Shown here one piece after another: positions 25,365 through 38,010 of a stretch of DNA of 64,000 nucleotides. Made by a program: the position numbers and the translations under genes. The stretch covers positions 15,380,029 to 15,444,028 of the forward strand of contig MU054323.1 in assembly GCA_013239625.1 (NCBI GenBank). The letters run 5' to 3'. This stretch comes from Lama guanicoe (Eukaryota). The notes beneath the pieces were generated by a model. It was not told where the DNA came from. It ran no database searches and was given only the letters and a program-made list of their open reading frames with translations. Within the stretch, counting starts at the first letter, position 1; the number at the start of each line of letters is the position of its first letter.

Positions 25365-25595
25365 AAGCCTTCCTGCCTGCCCAGGAAAAAGTAATGCCAC
25401 CCCCTCGGCCCCCACCACCCCCCTCAGGGCCCTTAAATAGCACCTTCTCCCTCCCTCGTTAGAGCACTTTTCACTCTGCGTTAAGAGTTCACATTTCTGT
25501 CTCCGGGCCTCATTGTGAACCACTTGAGTGCCAGGATTGTGTGTTATTCTAGCGCTTGGCACACAGGAAGAACTCAATGAGCATTTGTTGACTAA
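25365..25595 (+). mobile_element. LINE-2 3' end fragment
   Basis: tgtgaagccttcctg...cttggcacacaggaagaactcaatgagcatttgttga resembles the L2 terminus. Confidence 0.55.
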
Positions 25596-27752
25596 ATCTG
25601 GACTCAAGGTCATCCAAGATATTATATAAAAACTTTTCCATCCAAACAGTTTGGTCTGCATTGTGGAAACTGAAACAAACGACACTTACCTGTAAAGAGA
25701 ATCCCAGGGAGAAGTCATATTGTTGGCAGAAGGCAGCTCAGAACTGTCCGGGTCCTCTCCTTCCCCTCCTCTCCCTCCTAATTTTTCTTAGAATCTATTA
25801 TTTTAAAATTTTGCTACAGTGGGTTAGTTTCAGCTGTGTTTATTTTTGCTAATATTTAAAGGTAATTTTTATCCGTGGGGACTTTTCTTCTTGCCAGTTT
25901 GTCATAAAGGTGTCATCTTTCATTTGCCAAGCCTTCATCTGCTTGTAAGAATTTCCTCGTGGGTGGCTGCTTATAACTTTCTCCTTAGCACCAGGGGCAG
26001 TTGGGATGCTGTGGTGATCAGTTGTTTGTAAACAGCTGACAAACAATTGTGAATTACTTTATAGACACACTTCATGTGACTATATGAATAATTGATGATG
26101 ATAAAACAGATTTCTGGATTCTCAGTGAATCTAGGATTGGGTCTTAAACATGAATGTTGACTAATGAGGAGGGAGTTTAACAAACATGTATTGTACGCGC
26201 AGTCTGTGAGCCTGTGCCAGTGAATGACACAGCCCGTTTACTGCTCCAGGTGATCTGCACATGTCCACAGGAATTTAACTGTACAGCGTCTTTGGGGAAG
26301 GAAATCCTAAGCCAACAACATGAGGGTGGAAGTGTGTGACTGTGAATAATAAAAATGCCTCACAATGGCTTGCACAGGAAGTCCGTAGGAATGCAATATA
26401 AGGAATTTTAAAAAGCAAAATCCCATTTGGATTTACTCCAAATCCTATGACTTCAGGGACTGAGGAATTCTTGATGACTAATGGCTGGAGTCCCAACTTG
26501 TTACTGAGCAGTGTGTAGTTGTTTTTCCTTCAGCGCTAGTCATGAACTTGTTTGTTTGTTTGTTTACTTTTCTAAAGGTCTTAAAGTGGTTGGCAAATTG
26601 AGGCAGTATGACACGAGACACTTAAGGATACAACAGCCAGTTGCAACCTTTGGGTGACACATTTGGCACTAAGCTTTTGCTTTTCAACTGGGAAAGAAGA
26701 GAGATTTGGCCAAGATAAAGTAGACCGGGTCCTAAACAGCAGATACAGAATTACCCTGAGTATAAGCTTGGGGACCCAAACCCTTTTATCACTTTAGGGA
26801 ATGTGCTCAGAGAGCCCTGTTCTCTTGGGGTAGGTTGAATTTTGATGTCTCTGCTACAGTGTGGCCTGTTCAACTTTCCTGCCTTTTAAGAATCTCATCT
26901 CACAACCTGATGGTAATTGTTCATCATGTGGGTGTCATGAATTGGTGGCTTTCCAGTAATCCACTTTGGAGCCTTTTATTCATCAGCACTGGTGGTTATA
27001 CACGTTTTTGGAAGGGGGAGAAGGGCAAGCTGGAACTGATTGCTAAGTTATAACGCTTAGTTGGCAATGAAAAGGGAAGTTTCTAAACGAGGTAATTCTT
27101 TGAGGGTCCACTTGATTTTTCTCTAACTCTTTAATAATAATCTTTTTAACTTTCATGTGGCTTCATTACTGTTGAAAGCTTAAAAGTCAGCTCCCAGACC
27201 CTGGGGCCAAGTATGTTCTCCTTGGAGTGTTGTGTTCTCTTCAACTTTATCAGCAGAGGGAGTGTTTGACTTAACAGGACTGCTCTAGTTAGAGATGTGT
27301 GCATCTCAAAACCTGTGCTTCCTCAGTTAATTTGAGGTGGTAGGTGAAGGACCTAGAGCTGTCCTTGCTGCTGGAATAGCACATTTACCCTCGGTCTTAA
27401 ATAAAATAAATGAATGGAGGCAGAGGACTGGGAAATACACTTGAAGGAGGGTAGTGCTCCTCAGGTCATAAGCCAAGGTAAACAGTCCTTGTAAATGAAA
27501 AATAGACTCCTGGAAGGCAAGAACCAGAGAAGAGGGTGTGAAGTGCGACCAGCAAGTGCTGTGTCCAGCTGTACGGATAGCCACACTGCCCTGAGTCCTG
27601 AAAAGAACCCCACAGAGCTATTGTGGGGGAAGTCAGTTTCTTGAACTAAACTCTGACCAGCTGTTTGGCCTACAGCTGGACTCTGAGACAGTCCTTGGGG
27701 AGAAAAGGTCACTTTTGTGCTAGAGAAAGCAAGCAGATGGGCTCTTCGGGGT

Positions 27753-27833
27753 AGAGACAAAGTCGCCAGTGACCTAGGGAAGCCTTGCAGGGGAGAGACA
27801 AAGTTGCCAGTGACCTAGGGAAGCCTTGCAGGG
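27753..27833. repeat. 41-bp tandem duplication (2 copies, 1 mismatch)
   Basis: agagacaaagt(c/t)gccagtgacctagggaagccttgcaggg starts at 27753 and again at 27794. Confidence 0.95.
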
Positions 27834-30800
27834 AGCCAGTGGATCGGCAGCATGCAGTGGGCAGGTGTCCCGGAGTCTGCAAGTGTGATTTAGAGTTAAT
27901 GGAAACAGACTCTGTCTGTCTGTCTTTTGTTACGGTATAAAACTGTGTCATCGCAGTGGACATCCATGCACACATTACAGATTATGTGTGCATGTACTCA
28001 TAGGCACATGCATATATGCAACATGCATATCTGTTAAAAAAATTCCTCATGGGGTCAGCATTCTTGTCCTGATAATCCATCTCTTTATGTCCATTCTTCT
28101 GTGATGATGGCATTTTCTTCTAATTTGAGCTGTTAGGTTCTGTTAATTCCAACAGGAAAAAAGTTTGTAGCCATCGTTCATTAATTCATATAAATGAATA
28201 CATGTAGATTGACTTCTAAGAGGCTCACATAAAGCTGTAGGCACCTCGCTCCTGAGTCTTCCTTTCTGCAGTTAATAAGGTCCTTATTAGGTGTATAGTA
28301 GCTAATGTCTGGCCCTTGCTGTGTGTCAAGATCAGACCATCAAAAGGACTGATACAGAAATTCCCTAGAACTTTTCACATTCAAAGATTCTTGGATCTTA
28401 GTTACATGTGGGGAAAGGCCTTGCCTTGTAAAGAGACCCAAATCTCTTTAATGGTCACTCAGAGATGTTGCCTAAATTCCGTCTCTGTGGTTTTATTTCC
28501 CGAACATCTTACTTCCCATAACTAAGCTATGTGTCCTGGGGCCACATATTAGATTCTCTGCCTTCTTCTTGAAGAAAACTATTATAAAGGCAACATAACT
28601 TTACTAGACAGTTTTTGAAACAGAGAAGAGAAGTAGTGACCCGACCCCCAAATGCTCTTGTTCCAAACGCAAGAACTGGTTGTGTGCTTTTGTATATACA
28701 CCCTATCTATCCTCTATGTACATGTTTTTTAAATCACGCCTTGTATCTCACTTCTTTCCACTTAGAAGATACCACATGCATCTTCTACATGGTTACGTAG
28801 TCTCAGTCATATAGTGTCAGCTCATTAATCCAGATGTACTGACTGCAGCTCTCTACTTCCTTTCCTTTCCTTTCCCTCTTTTCTCCAGAAAAATACAAAA
28901 GGCAAGAAGGGGTTCAAAAAAAAAGTCATTCAAGGTGAGTTTAAGAGAAAATCCTATGTAGACTTACTTTGTTTTCATGAGTGCCTAGGTTCTCCAAGCA
29001 GATGACCACGACTGTCTCCTGTCCCCCTGCTAAGGGTGTGACCGCCTGCTGCCTGAGCCTCTGGTCCTTTGGGTCTAGGGCTAGTGGCCTGAGGCCCTTC
29101 GTTGTACTGTCTTAGATCCTTGCTGTCACCAGGACTGTGCTGACTCTGGGCACTGAAGCTCTGGAACGTTTAGTAATGATGCATAGGCTTTGTGCAAATA
29201 GCCAGCCCACTTGGTAGAGACATTTTAATTCTGTTGCTGTTTTAGTAGTGCATTATTGGATTGCAAATGTTTATTTAGTATGAAAAATGGATATAATTAA
29301 CTGTGTGCTAAATAGGGACTAGATACTTACTCGAAGATAAATTTGCAACCTTTGTGCTTTGCATACGCATGACATATGCTCTTGTTACTGATTATTTTAG
29401 CTAAGGATTTAGAACAGTTTCCCACTTCCACCGTTTTATAAATGAAAACCAGAGGCCTAGGAGTTGTCCAGCAAGACACATGTATAACATTTCAAAAAAC
29501 TTGAATCATTTTTGGGATGAAGTTTGTTGAAATTTTTCAGGAAAACACACTTTTTTTCTTGTATTATTGACTAATGAAATTAATAAATACTTTTTACAAC
29601 TCATACTGGTTTCATATTCAAAAGGTATAGATAACATCTGTTGTAATATTTCAGATTCATTTCTGTAATTTTTTAATTTAAAAATGTACATTCTCAGTGG
29701 TGCATAGTACACAGAATCAAATCACCAGACTTCAGATATATTTTGTATAAATTTTAAATCACATTGTCTGAATTACACATTTTTGAAAATGTATAATTCA
29801 TGTGTCATAGTTGGAGAGAGTACCTGTTCAGTCTTCTTTAAGCCACAGAATATAGCAAAGTAATGCATGTCCACGACTAGGATTGTCAGATACTTTTTGG
29901 GTAAGCATATTGAATTTAAATGAAAGAGTACACTTTGTACAGAAAAAATAATTTGAAGGAGAAATCATGAAATTTAATAGTTTACCCATGGATATTTGTG
30001 TAATTTTAATTATATCATGGGTAACGTTAACTGAAGTCAAGTGTGTAAAATTCTTTTAAAAGTTAAAGCACAAAGTTTGATAGATATGTACGTTCAACAA
30101 TAACAAACAAATACTTGACACCCACTACCACCACCAAAATATGTATGCTGAAATCGTGTCTCCCTGGTGAATATAGAAAGATACAGAAAAGCTGACCACT
30201 TAGGTAAAAGGTTTGGGACGGAGGAGGGGGCCTGTAGCTCCTGTTGTAGCCAATGTATAAAACTTTATTTCAAGGTGGGAATCAGTAGATTGTCTCCAGT
30301 ACTAAGCAGTTAATCATTAATCAGTTGATCTTCATTATCAACCAAAACTGCTTGTGTTTTCTTTTCAGCAGCTTCCTAGCAATGTGATTACAAATGTTTA
30401 AATCAGTGGATAATGAAATTGACTTGTTTGTGTTCCTTGTCACGTGGTGGAGAGTAAGCCTCCGTGCTCAGAGGAGCAGTTCCAGCAGTGGGCTAGTGCT
30501 AGCTCGGTGTCGCCGGGCTGCGTTTCCTTGCTCACAGAGCCCTGGAGCTTGGCCACCTTGAATGAGTCGGAGGAGGAAAGGTTTGGGTTTGAGGGCTCTG
30601 GGTTTATTTCTTGCTGTTGAGATGGGAGACTGTGGGAGAAGTCATAAATAGGGTTTGAGGGAGGTCGTAGACCCAGAGGTTCTCGCTGGGGTAAATGCTG
30701 GATGGATTTGCTTATGGATGAATCTGTTTATAGCTGTTTCACACTTTTACCTCTAATTGTTGGTGCTTCCAAGGGGCAAAGCTCAGTGTCTGGTTCTTAC

Positions 30801-31569
30801 TGGGTTGGCATCTCAGAAGTCTTCCCCAATGCACCAATCATGGTCACTCTGTTCCCTTTCTTTCTGCATCTGTAGTGAAATAACTAACTTGCTGATCTGC
30901 CATGAGAGTTGATTTTTTTTTAATAACACCAAGCATCTTGGGAAAAGACAGGTAGATACTAGAAGCGAATAGTATTTGGGACAGGAGTTGTGGGATGTGG
31001 GGGTTTGTGGCACTGTGTATATATCACCATCTCCAGTGCACCCAGAGAGAGCAAGGGCAGCAGCCCCCGAGCCCCTCTTGAGTCCTTTGTCCCTTTGTGG
31101 CTTGGTCACTCAAATCCCCTGTGCAGATTCTGAATTCTTCTCCCTTGTAGCCACCCATGGGAGTTCAGGAAGGCTCACATCCAGCTGCTGCCCCAGGTCA
31201 ACTCGCAGCCTTGCACACAGGTGCTGTCTGTTGTCAGGAACTTGGGGACACTGCCCAGCCGGCCCAACCACAGTCCTCCTCCTCCTCCTGGGGCAACTTG
31301 CCTGCCTCTGCTGGTGGCACTGGCCCAGCTCCCAGCGCTGGCCCTGCCTCCTTGGCCCTGTTGCTTGCTCGCCAGACCGTGAATCACTCTAGACTTGGGG
31401 CATTTTACCTGTCTGAAGGGCGAGCATGCAGTGCTTCTGTTTGCCTGGGAGCTCTAGGGATGCAATCCTAGAAACTGCCCAGAGGAAATAACTTCCTCAG
31501 GAGGAATTTAGATAAGTTCCTTAAGGAGAAACCACATTTTACTAATGAGAGGCAATGTTGTTTACTCGA

Positions 31570-31775
31570 GGGAGTTCTGGCTCTGAAGTCAGTTTGTAGT
31601 CCTGCCTAGCGACTCGCCTGGTATGTTGCGCTGGCCAAACTGCTCGATCTCTGTGCACAGTTTCCATCTGTAAAATAGGGTTGTTATGAGGAATAGCTAA
31701 GTTGACTCATTCATGTAAAGCACTGAAGAGTGGTGTATACATAGTAAGCACATATTAAATGTCAGTGTATCATTA
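31570..31775 (+). mobile_element. MIR SINE
   Basis: ggctctgaagtcag...cagtttccatctgtaaaatagggttgttatgagga...tgtaaagcactgaagagtg...acatagtaagcac. Confidence 0.7.
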
Positions 31776-34700
31776 GCATCAGACACTGGTTTATACATAG
31801 TAGGTGCTCATTAAATATTCTGTTGAATAAGTATAACATTCAGAAGGTGGAAAAATGATTTCCTCATCTCTTACCATAAAATAATAGTAATACTTGCTTT
31901 GCAACGAAGCATTGTAGGCATGGAGGCATTTACCCCTCCTGGCTGGGGGCAGGGTAGTAGAATGTTCCAGATTCATTATCAGTAACAGTATGCCATCAGA
32001 CCTAACATACTCAGTATGTCAGAAGTTTGAATAATGTTTACTGGCTCCCAAGGTAGTTTTGAAAGGGCAAAACAGCTTAATCAGGTGATTTATTTCCAGT
32101 AAGCATTGTTATTGGAACATTTCAAACTCCAGCATATTTGATGGCTGTATTAAAACAGGGCTTTGCCCTTTCTTGATGGGTTCACTCTGCATTCCGACTC
32201 ATGTTTGCTTTTGAGGTGGAGGTAGGTAGCAAGGTGCTCTTTAATTGAACAGGTTGTTGCGCTTTGTAGCCCACTCCGCACCTAGCATGGGGCCGTGCAA
32301 GTGGCAGTTGCTCAGTAAATAATGTTTTCAGTTAATAAGTAAATCATGGGACATTTTTCTCCACATTACATCACACTGATGCCTGGAAGGTGCTTTTGAG
32401 GAGGTTTAGTTTATGGCTCTCCCCCTAGGCAGTTGCCACCTAATGTGGTGGTTTCTGTCTTGCTGTTGGGGTGCTGAATGTGAGTGCTGCTCTCAGAGCT
32501 ACTGCTCATCTGCTGTAAGAGGAACGAACGTCCTGGTGAGACGGTGGGGGGAGGGGCATCGCCACTCATCTTTGACGAGGTGTCTGGATCGTGCTCAGGA
32601 TGAAGATCACAGCTCTCCCAGCAAGAGGTGAGTCATTGTTTTTTAAGTTGAGACGTTGGTTTTAAAAGTTTATGCTGATTATATTTCCTGTGGTGAGGAC
32701 TGAAGAACATACATGCTTGTGCTCTCTTGACAGGGACGGTGATCCCAAGGACAAGAGGTTTTGACCCAGGACCTGGAGATGACAATTTGGAAACGATGGT
32801 TAAAACAAAAAAAAAAAAATCCACAAAGGTGACAAGGACAACGACCTGAAGTCCTTTGTCAGTGGTTTGTAAGTGCTTCTTTTCGTTCTAAATGTATTTA
32901 TTGATTCAAACAACGATTTATTTGACAGGATTGCAACAATCCTTTTTCTTTATGGAGATGTTGGAAGTGCTTTAAACAAACACACACATACCCATTCAAA
33001 CCAGACTGATTGCCCTGCCTTTTTAAATGCCATTTCTATTGTCTGTTGTCATTTTTAATAATGTCCTCCCCTCTTTTTTAAGGTCTCAGTGTATTCCAGA
33101 GTTGTTTTTTTTTTAACTGTTAAATCTTCCCCTGGTACCCAACTTGAAAAACAATAATAAATTTACTTCAAAGCAAACGTCTGCAGTATGGTTCTTGTGT
33201 GGCGAGATTATTTCACAGGTGGATCATCTGGATTCACCATTTTATAAAAAGAAGAGAAGAGTATATGATTGTTTTCCCCCTTTCTCTGTCTCTCTCACCC
33301 ACGTTGAATGGCCCGTTTACAATCAGATCTTCTTCCCAAAAGGAAGTGCCGGCCTCGGGCGCCTTTCTGCTTCTGCTGTGGCTCCACGCTCTGGTCTGCT
33401 CTCGTCAGCCCCTGGGGTGCAGGGAGAGCCGCACGTGGCGGTGACGTGCACATTTTACTGAGCAGAACTCTGAACCATTTCTTATGAAAGGTGGTGTGTA
33501 CGTGGGGGGAAAAAGTCCAAATTCTAGTTAGTTCCAGATGATTCACTGCACAGAATGCGTATTCTCTCACTAGTGTTTGGGTCTTAGTAAATAAAGGGAG
33601 TGTTCTGTGTGGAATCCTGGCTTGACAAGAGGGAGATGATAATTGAGCAGGGATTCTGGTGTTTTTCCAGTGAAAGCAATTTCTTAGAACGAGATGACTT
33701 TACATCAGGATACCTTTTCGCGAGATCGCTTTTATCATCTTATCCACAGACTTGGTCTTTGCTGTCAGACTTTACTCGCAGGGATTTATTAAGAGCAATG
33801 GTTGGTTTCAAAAAAGGGGAAAGATAGACATTTAGTTGAAGTCCAGTTGTTGGGTTTTGATCACTTGGGGGTGTTTTCTCTGCAGAGGGTGTTAGAGAGG
33901 CAGAACCTGGCTGACAAATGGTATTTATGACTTTGTAACAAGTTCTTTTTATGACTTTGTCTATCGCATGATGGTTTTCCCCTCTCCCAGTTTCCCTAGC
34001 ACCATATCTTTTTTCCTTCCCTTCCAAATTCTGTGCCCATCAATCAGGTACCCGATGAGCCAGCTGACTCCTGTCCTGAGGAGGCTGAATGCCTCCCCTG
34101 CTCCCCCGTCCTCCAGGAGAGGATGTTGCCTTGACCATCTTGGGAGGGAGTAGGAGGTCCTGAGCCAAGATCGAAGTCAGCCTAATCATCTCTTCACACA
34201 GTGATTGCTTTGGGCTCCCGACTCCTCATTTCTCCACAGTTTCTGGTACCAGTGGAGCTGAACTTCTGTGTTGGAGGGACTCAGCATGGGGCGCTGTGCC
34301 ATGAGTCTCCCAGGGCCCCCCCTTGGGTCAGGGTGGGCCTGAGTCTTCAAGTCCCAGCATGCTGTGGCCCTTAGATCCAGAGGGTGACCTCGGTGGGTTG
34401 TACCTCTGGGAGCCTGATCTCCCTGCGGCTGTGCAAGCAGGGAGAGCTGGGAGGCCCTTAAGGGGCCAGGGCTTGAGGGTTTGAGCCCAGACTCCGCAGA
34501 GTTAAAGCCCAAAGTACACAGAAATCACAAGAAAGACACCAAGAGGATCTGAGAGACACTGAGTTGGAGGCAGAGGAATCCATACTGCAAGAGGAGGCTT
34601 TGGCTTTGGGAGGTTAGGGAAGTTTGGTTGTCTTCTGAGTGAGAAGTGGCATTCTGTTTGTTAGCCAAAAATACGTCAGACCTTAGAAATGTCTGAGGTC

Positions 34701-37519
34701 AGAGCACTGTTGCTGTACCAGGAGTCAGAGAATTATGGAGTTGGAGTTAAGGAGTTAGAAGAGCATCTCTAGGCCAGCCTCCTCATTTTACAGCTTTAGG
34801 AATCCAGGCCCATCACAGTTCGTTATGTCCCCTTACGCTTTTTAACAGTTTCTGCTGCACCTGCAGTGACGGCTTCTTCCTTCCAAACCCAGAGAGGAAG
34901 GCAAGAGGCCTCCTCTTGCCCACTCTGGAGGGAGCTCTTGGGACCCCTGTTCCCCACCTCTCCGTGACCTTGGTCTCAGAGTAGTGGGCACAGCGGGCTG
35001 AATCGTTCTCTGCTGAACTTTTCCCTCCCTGCCCGCCTCCCTGCCCCACCCCTACCCCCCATGCAGGAATCCGGAGCCCTCCCGTGGGGGGTGTGAAGCC
35101 ACTGGAATGTGGCATTCTGACCCCTGGCAGTTGAGTGTCCTGGATGGACCTGGCCTGGGAAACAGGAAGGACTCAGGGGCGGAGGGAAGAGCACCCCTTG
35201 GCCTTGGGGTGGGACAGAGGGAAAGGAAGTGCTGGGCCATGTCGCCACAACGCGGGAGGCTGGGCGGCGGGGCGCTGGGCTGGCAAACCCAACGGGCAGG
35301 TTTCCAGGCCCACAGATGCTGTGGCCCCGGGGTGCGCTGCCAGAGCACGTGGGCTGAGGAGGAAAGGGTTGAGGGGAGAAGGGAGGAGCAGACTGGAATG
35401 CAGAGGAAACGTTTGTTGGAGATGATGAAAGAGAGGGTGGTGGGTGGAGAGGAGGGATGGCCAGCCACTGTGCAGACCGGACACACTCTTACTTTAGAAA
35501 CCAAATGTGTTAGAAGGTGAGAAAGCCTCTCCTAAAGAAACACTTCACAGGATGGAGGGAGTAAAGGGGCTGACTGCCCCTTCAGGTGTGAGCTGATGGG
35601 CACTTAGCTGTCCCTTGCTGTTTCCTGTCAGTGATGGACCCCACCTTGGCACGTGCTCCAGTCAGTTACCTCTCACAGAGATACTCAGAAAACCGAGAGG
35701 CTGAGCCCCAGGGTGATGCTGTCCACACCAGCTCCTTGCCCCGCCAGGACAAGGACACCTCTCGTCCTCTGCTTTCTCCCAGTTAAAGGGCTTTGCGGGT
35801 GCAGAGCCAGGGCTCAGCGCGCTCTTGTTCAGATCTTGTGAAACCATGAGCATCACACTGTTGCCAAACTGCATGTGAGGTCTGCCAGGATGGCAAACCA
35901 ACTTCTGGTGAGGGATGTTTACTGTTAAATTCCATTCTCCTGGGACAGGAATAGAAACCATAGGCAGCAAGGCATTTCTGAAACACCTGTTTAAAAGGAG
36001 GGATCTTCTAACTGCCACCGTACCTGAAGGGATTGGGTTTCCTTTGCAGCTGGAATCTCATTGCCCAGTCCGTTCCCTCTTCCCGTACCCGGGGTTGTCT
36101 CAGGTGATAATTAGTGTGCTGCAGTCGCGCCACATCCTGCTGGAGTGAGGGTGCTCCTCTCCTTTTCTCCTTTCTTGTGCGACATTGTACAGAGCCCAAG
36201 GAGTGGTGGCCCTGGTGCTCAGGGAAACATCTTGGTTTTCAGACTCATTCACTGGCCTTGCAAACCAGAGTATGCGGCACTCTTCCTCCACCTAATTGAT
36301 ACCAAAAGCCCCCAGGTGAGGGGATGCTGCAGGCAGTGCGACAGGGAAGCAGGCCCGGTCTTACTACTCAAAGTGTACATCTTAGGACCGCCCTGAGAAC
36401 CTAGCGATCTGTATACCTGGATGTTTAAAACAACAGAATTATTAAAGAACATGTGAAGTGCGTATATGCAAGTTTTAAGCTGCATATCTCTGTATAATCT
36501 AATCCTTTGAAAATTGGTGATCCTTGTTTGTTAAATAGGATGTGCATTTGAGCAGAGCATTCTTTGGGAATGGTCTACATTTCCTTTTATATCCTAAAAG
36601 CCATTAGTTCTTGAAACATATTTTGAACCTAATAAAATAGACAATAATTTTTAGCCTTTCAGGTAGGAGTTAAGGTAGATGTGTATTTCCACAAATTGTG
36701 ACTTTTATCATTTGAACAATTTTCCGATGACTTCTTTTACACTCTAAAGACTAGCTGTGAATAGAATAACATTGCAGAGTCGCAATCTTGCAAAATCCAG
36801 TTACTTAACTGCATGTGGGAATATATACTGCTATAGCATCTGGAGAAGGGACTGGGTGGTTCGTGTGGGTTTTATATATGTCTCCTTTTGGAAGCGAATT
36901 AGTTATTCTCTATACGTGTCTGCTTATGTATGCGTGTATTCAAATTTGAAACGTAGGAATTTATCAACTTTTTTCTTTCACTTGACACTGCAGTGTTTTA
37001 GAATACCCCAAGTTACTTGCTTCCTAAGCCCCGATAGGCATGAATTATTAGAAAGTTTATTTGTTTTTGCATCTCAAACTTTCCAGAAAGATATTAAATA
37101 TAAATGCAGTAAGTATTGAAGAACATAAGGAAACCTGAATCTTTGATATCAACAGAGTATCTTTAAAGCTGCTTTTTTTATCCCACATGTTACTAATAGA
37201 GTGATCTCCTAGTCCAGTTTCCCATTCATTCTCCGTCCATTCAGCAGGTGGGGAATTAGGGTTCACTATGTGCCGCCTGCTCAGCACAGCATGGAGTGGC
37301 ATAGAAATGAGTTTCTGCCCCCAAGCAGCTTGGAATCCAGCTGCACACAAACAGCCTCGATGCCTTGGGATAAGTGACATGTTGTGGGTAGGAGAAAACC
37401 AAGTAAAGCTTGAGAGGGCATTCTTAGCTGGGCACAGTAAGATAGTAGCAGATTTCCAGGTAAACAGTGAAGGAAGCTCATGACTCTGCAGAGGAAATGG
37501 GATGAACAAAGTACTCAAA

Positions 37520-38010
37520 ATTGATTCGGTAAATTTTTATGGAGGACCTACTGCGTGCTAAGGCCTGTTCTAAGTACAGAAGATACAGCTGTGAACAAGG
37601 CAGACAAAAGTCCCTGTCAACTAAAAGTTTTCAAAATCAGTAAGTCAAATACATCCCATGCCAGAGGGATATACATACTGTGCAGAAAAAGCAGAGAAGG
37701 GGGCAGGGCTGCCCGGTGGGGTTGGGTTGGCAGTTTAAGTAGAGTGGTCGTGGAAAGTCTTGCCAAGAAGTTGAGTTTGATCAGACTCCTGAAGGAATGG
37801 GGGAGTGAACGGGCACAGAACTGAGGGAGGGTGTCCCGGGGGGACGGGTACAGGCCCTCAAGCCCTGAGGCTTCAGTGCTGGCGAGGGAAGAGGTGCTGG
37901 TTGTGCAGCTAACTGGGAGGTTAGCTGGGACGGGGCAAAGGCGTCATTTATCAGTGTGAGGGGTTGGACTTGCCCATCGAGGCAGGTGGGAGCCATTGGA
38001 GATTGTTGGG
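37520..38010 (-). mobile_element. LINE-2 fragment, antisense
   Basis: acctactgcgtgctaaggcctgttctaagtacagaagatacagctgtgaacaaggcagacaaaagtccctg...gggagccattggaga. Confidence 0.7.

Noticed and set aside
27753..27833. CRISPR-like or other prokaryotic repeat array
   Set aside because: Only two adjacent copies with no spacer, in clearly mammalian DNA.
32420..32450. CTCF-like motifs (also ~12620 and ~48560)
   Set aside because: Each has several mismatches at informative positions and cannot be supported without PWM scoring.
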